From NCBI GenBank assembly GCA_947573555.1, contig CANPFO010000001.1:11264-75263 (forward strand): a DNA stretch of 64,000 nt, written 5' to 3'. The position numbers were made by a program, and so were the translations under genes. This stretch comes from an uncultured Clostridium sp. (GTDB lineage: Bacteria; Bacillota; Clostridia; TANB77; CAG-508). Shown one piece after another: positions 62,745 to 64,000 of this stretch. Each line of letters starts with the position of its first letter. Positions within the stretch are counted from its first letter, which is position 1. The notes beneath the pieces are model-generated. The model worked only from the letters and a program-made list of their open reading frames with translations. It ran no database searches and was not told where the DNA came from.

Positions 62745-64000
62745 CTATCTTTCTTCTTTACTAGTATTAATTTTAAATAACTTGAATATTTCTACAATTA
62801 CAAGTGGTGCTAAAACTAATAATACTAATTCTATTATATTTTGTGTTGGTAAAATAGGTATACTAAATATTTCTCTTAATCTAGGTATTAATAAAATACC
62901 AAACATTAACATTGCAGATGCAATAACTGCTCCAATCAATTTCATATTGTTAAATATTCCTGTTTTAAATACAGACTTTTTATTATTTCTAACATTAAAT
63001 ATATGAACTAATTCAGAAAGTGCTAAAGTAATAAATGCCATTGTTTGACCTACTTCTATTTTAGATTCATCTAAAGTTAATTCGCCAATTGGCGCATTTG
63101 TTGTGGCTAATCCAATAACAAATGCTGCAAGTGTTAATAGCCCTATCATTATCCCTTGATATACAACTCTCCATGTCATTCCTTTTGTGAATATTCCCTT
63201 TCCTGGTCTTAATGGTTTTCTTTCCATTATATCACTATTAGCTGGGTCAAATGCTAATGCTAATGCTGGTAGTGAGTCTGTCACTAAATTTATCCATAAT
63301 ATGTGTATTGGTAGTAATATTTCTAGATGATTTATATCTACTATTCCAAATAATTTACCAAATAATGGTGTTAATAATGTTGCAAACAATAGAACCACTA
63401 TTTCTCCAATATTGCTTGATAATAAAAACTGAATTACCTTCAAAATATTATCATATATTCTTCTTCCTTCTTCTACTGCTGATACTACAGTTGCAAAATT
63501 ATCGTCTGTCAAAATTACATCTGCCGCTTCTTTTGCTACATCTGTTCCAACTCTTCCCATTGCACAACCTATGTCTGCCTTTTTTAAAGCAGGGCTATCG
63601 TTTACTCCATCGCCTGTCATTGCAACTACTTCTCCGTTTTTCTGCCAAGCTGTTACAATTCTAACTTTATGTTCTGGTGAAACCCTTGCATATACAGAAT
63701 ATTTTCTTATATTTTCTTCTAGTTCCTTATCACTCATTTGTTCAAGCTCTAATCCTGTTATTGCTTCTTTTTCATTTTCTAATATTCCCAATTTTTTTGC
63801 AATTGCTGTAGCTGTAATTTTATGGTCTCCTGTAATCATTACAACCTTTATTCCAGCTTTTTTACATTTTTCAACTGCAACTTTAGCCTCTTCTCTTGGT
63901 GGGTCTATCATTCCTACCATACCGATAAATATTAAATCATTTTCTATTGTTTTCATTTCTTCTTTTGATGGCATATGGTCAATCTCTTTATATGCACATC
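62745..64000 (-). CDS. P-type (E1-E2) cation-transporting ATPase, type IIA (Ca2+-like); C-terminal part only (N-terminus beyond the window end)
   Basis: VMITGDHKITATAIAKKLGI, VAMTGDGVNDSPALKKADIGCAMG and C-terminal TM helices. The frame stays open to position 64000. Confidence 0.85.
   Translation of the reverse strand, partial: CAYKEIDHMPSKEEMKTIENDLIFIGMVGMIDPPREEAKVAVEKCKKAGIKVVMITGDHKITATAIAKKLGILENEKEAITGLELEQMSDKELEENIRKYSVYARVSPEHKVRIVTAWQKNGEVVAMTGDGVNDSPALKKADIGCAMGRVGTDVAKEAADVILTDDNFATVVSAVEEGRRIYDNILKVIQFLLSSNIGEIVVLLFATLLTPLFGKLFGIVDINHLEILLPIHILWINLVTDSLPALALAFDPANSDIMERKPLRPGKGIFTKGMTWRVVYQGIMIGLLTLAAFVIGLATTNAPIGELTLDESKIEVGQTMAFITLALSELVHIFNVRNNKKSVFKTGIFNNMKLIGAVIASAMLMFGILLIPRLREIFSIPILPTQNIIELVLLVLAPLVIVEIFKLFKINTSKEER

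Overview
This is a low-GC (roughly 27-30% by eye) Firmicutes/Clostridia-type chromosomal segment with dense, mostly minus-strand coding. Core genes include a relA fragment, recJ, a sortase, a HIT protein, a short alaS, an RluA-family pseudouridine synthase, rpe-rsgA-pknB-stp, deoD, greA, pgsA, ctpA, two M23 peptidases with ftsX-ftsE, the transketolase C subunit, a ROK kinase, a complete type IV pilus cluster (pilMN-pilO-pilin-pilD-pseudopilins-pilB-pilT-pilC), rsmB, spoVAC/AD/AEb, infC-rpmI-rplT, xerD, spoIIM, rnhA, tmcAL, glgP and a partial P-type ATPase. Accessory and unusual content includes: (i) a tRNA-Gly followed by a Tn4451-like integrative mobilizable element (large serine recombinase, MobV relaxase, oriT-like hairpins) plus a decayed second tandem copy, carrying a THF-riboswitch-like ECF transporter and a DUF1385/Zn-ribbon operon; (ii) an unannotated SCIFF ranthipeptide precursor with no adjacent maturase; (iii) a family of large palindromic MITE-like repeats (three copies, one with a ~255-bp perfect inverted repeat) and small 'tgagaca' palindromes that supply stop codons; (iv) a (GT)14 tract that puts a Big_2 surface-protein gene in an apparently phase-OFF frame; (v) a MATE transporter fused to a cytidylate-kinase-like domain. 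No CRISPR array or rRNA was seen. All calls come from reading the sequence and from recalled family signatures; no database searches were run.
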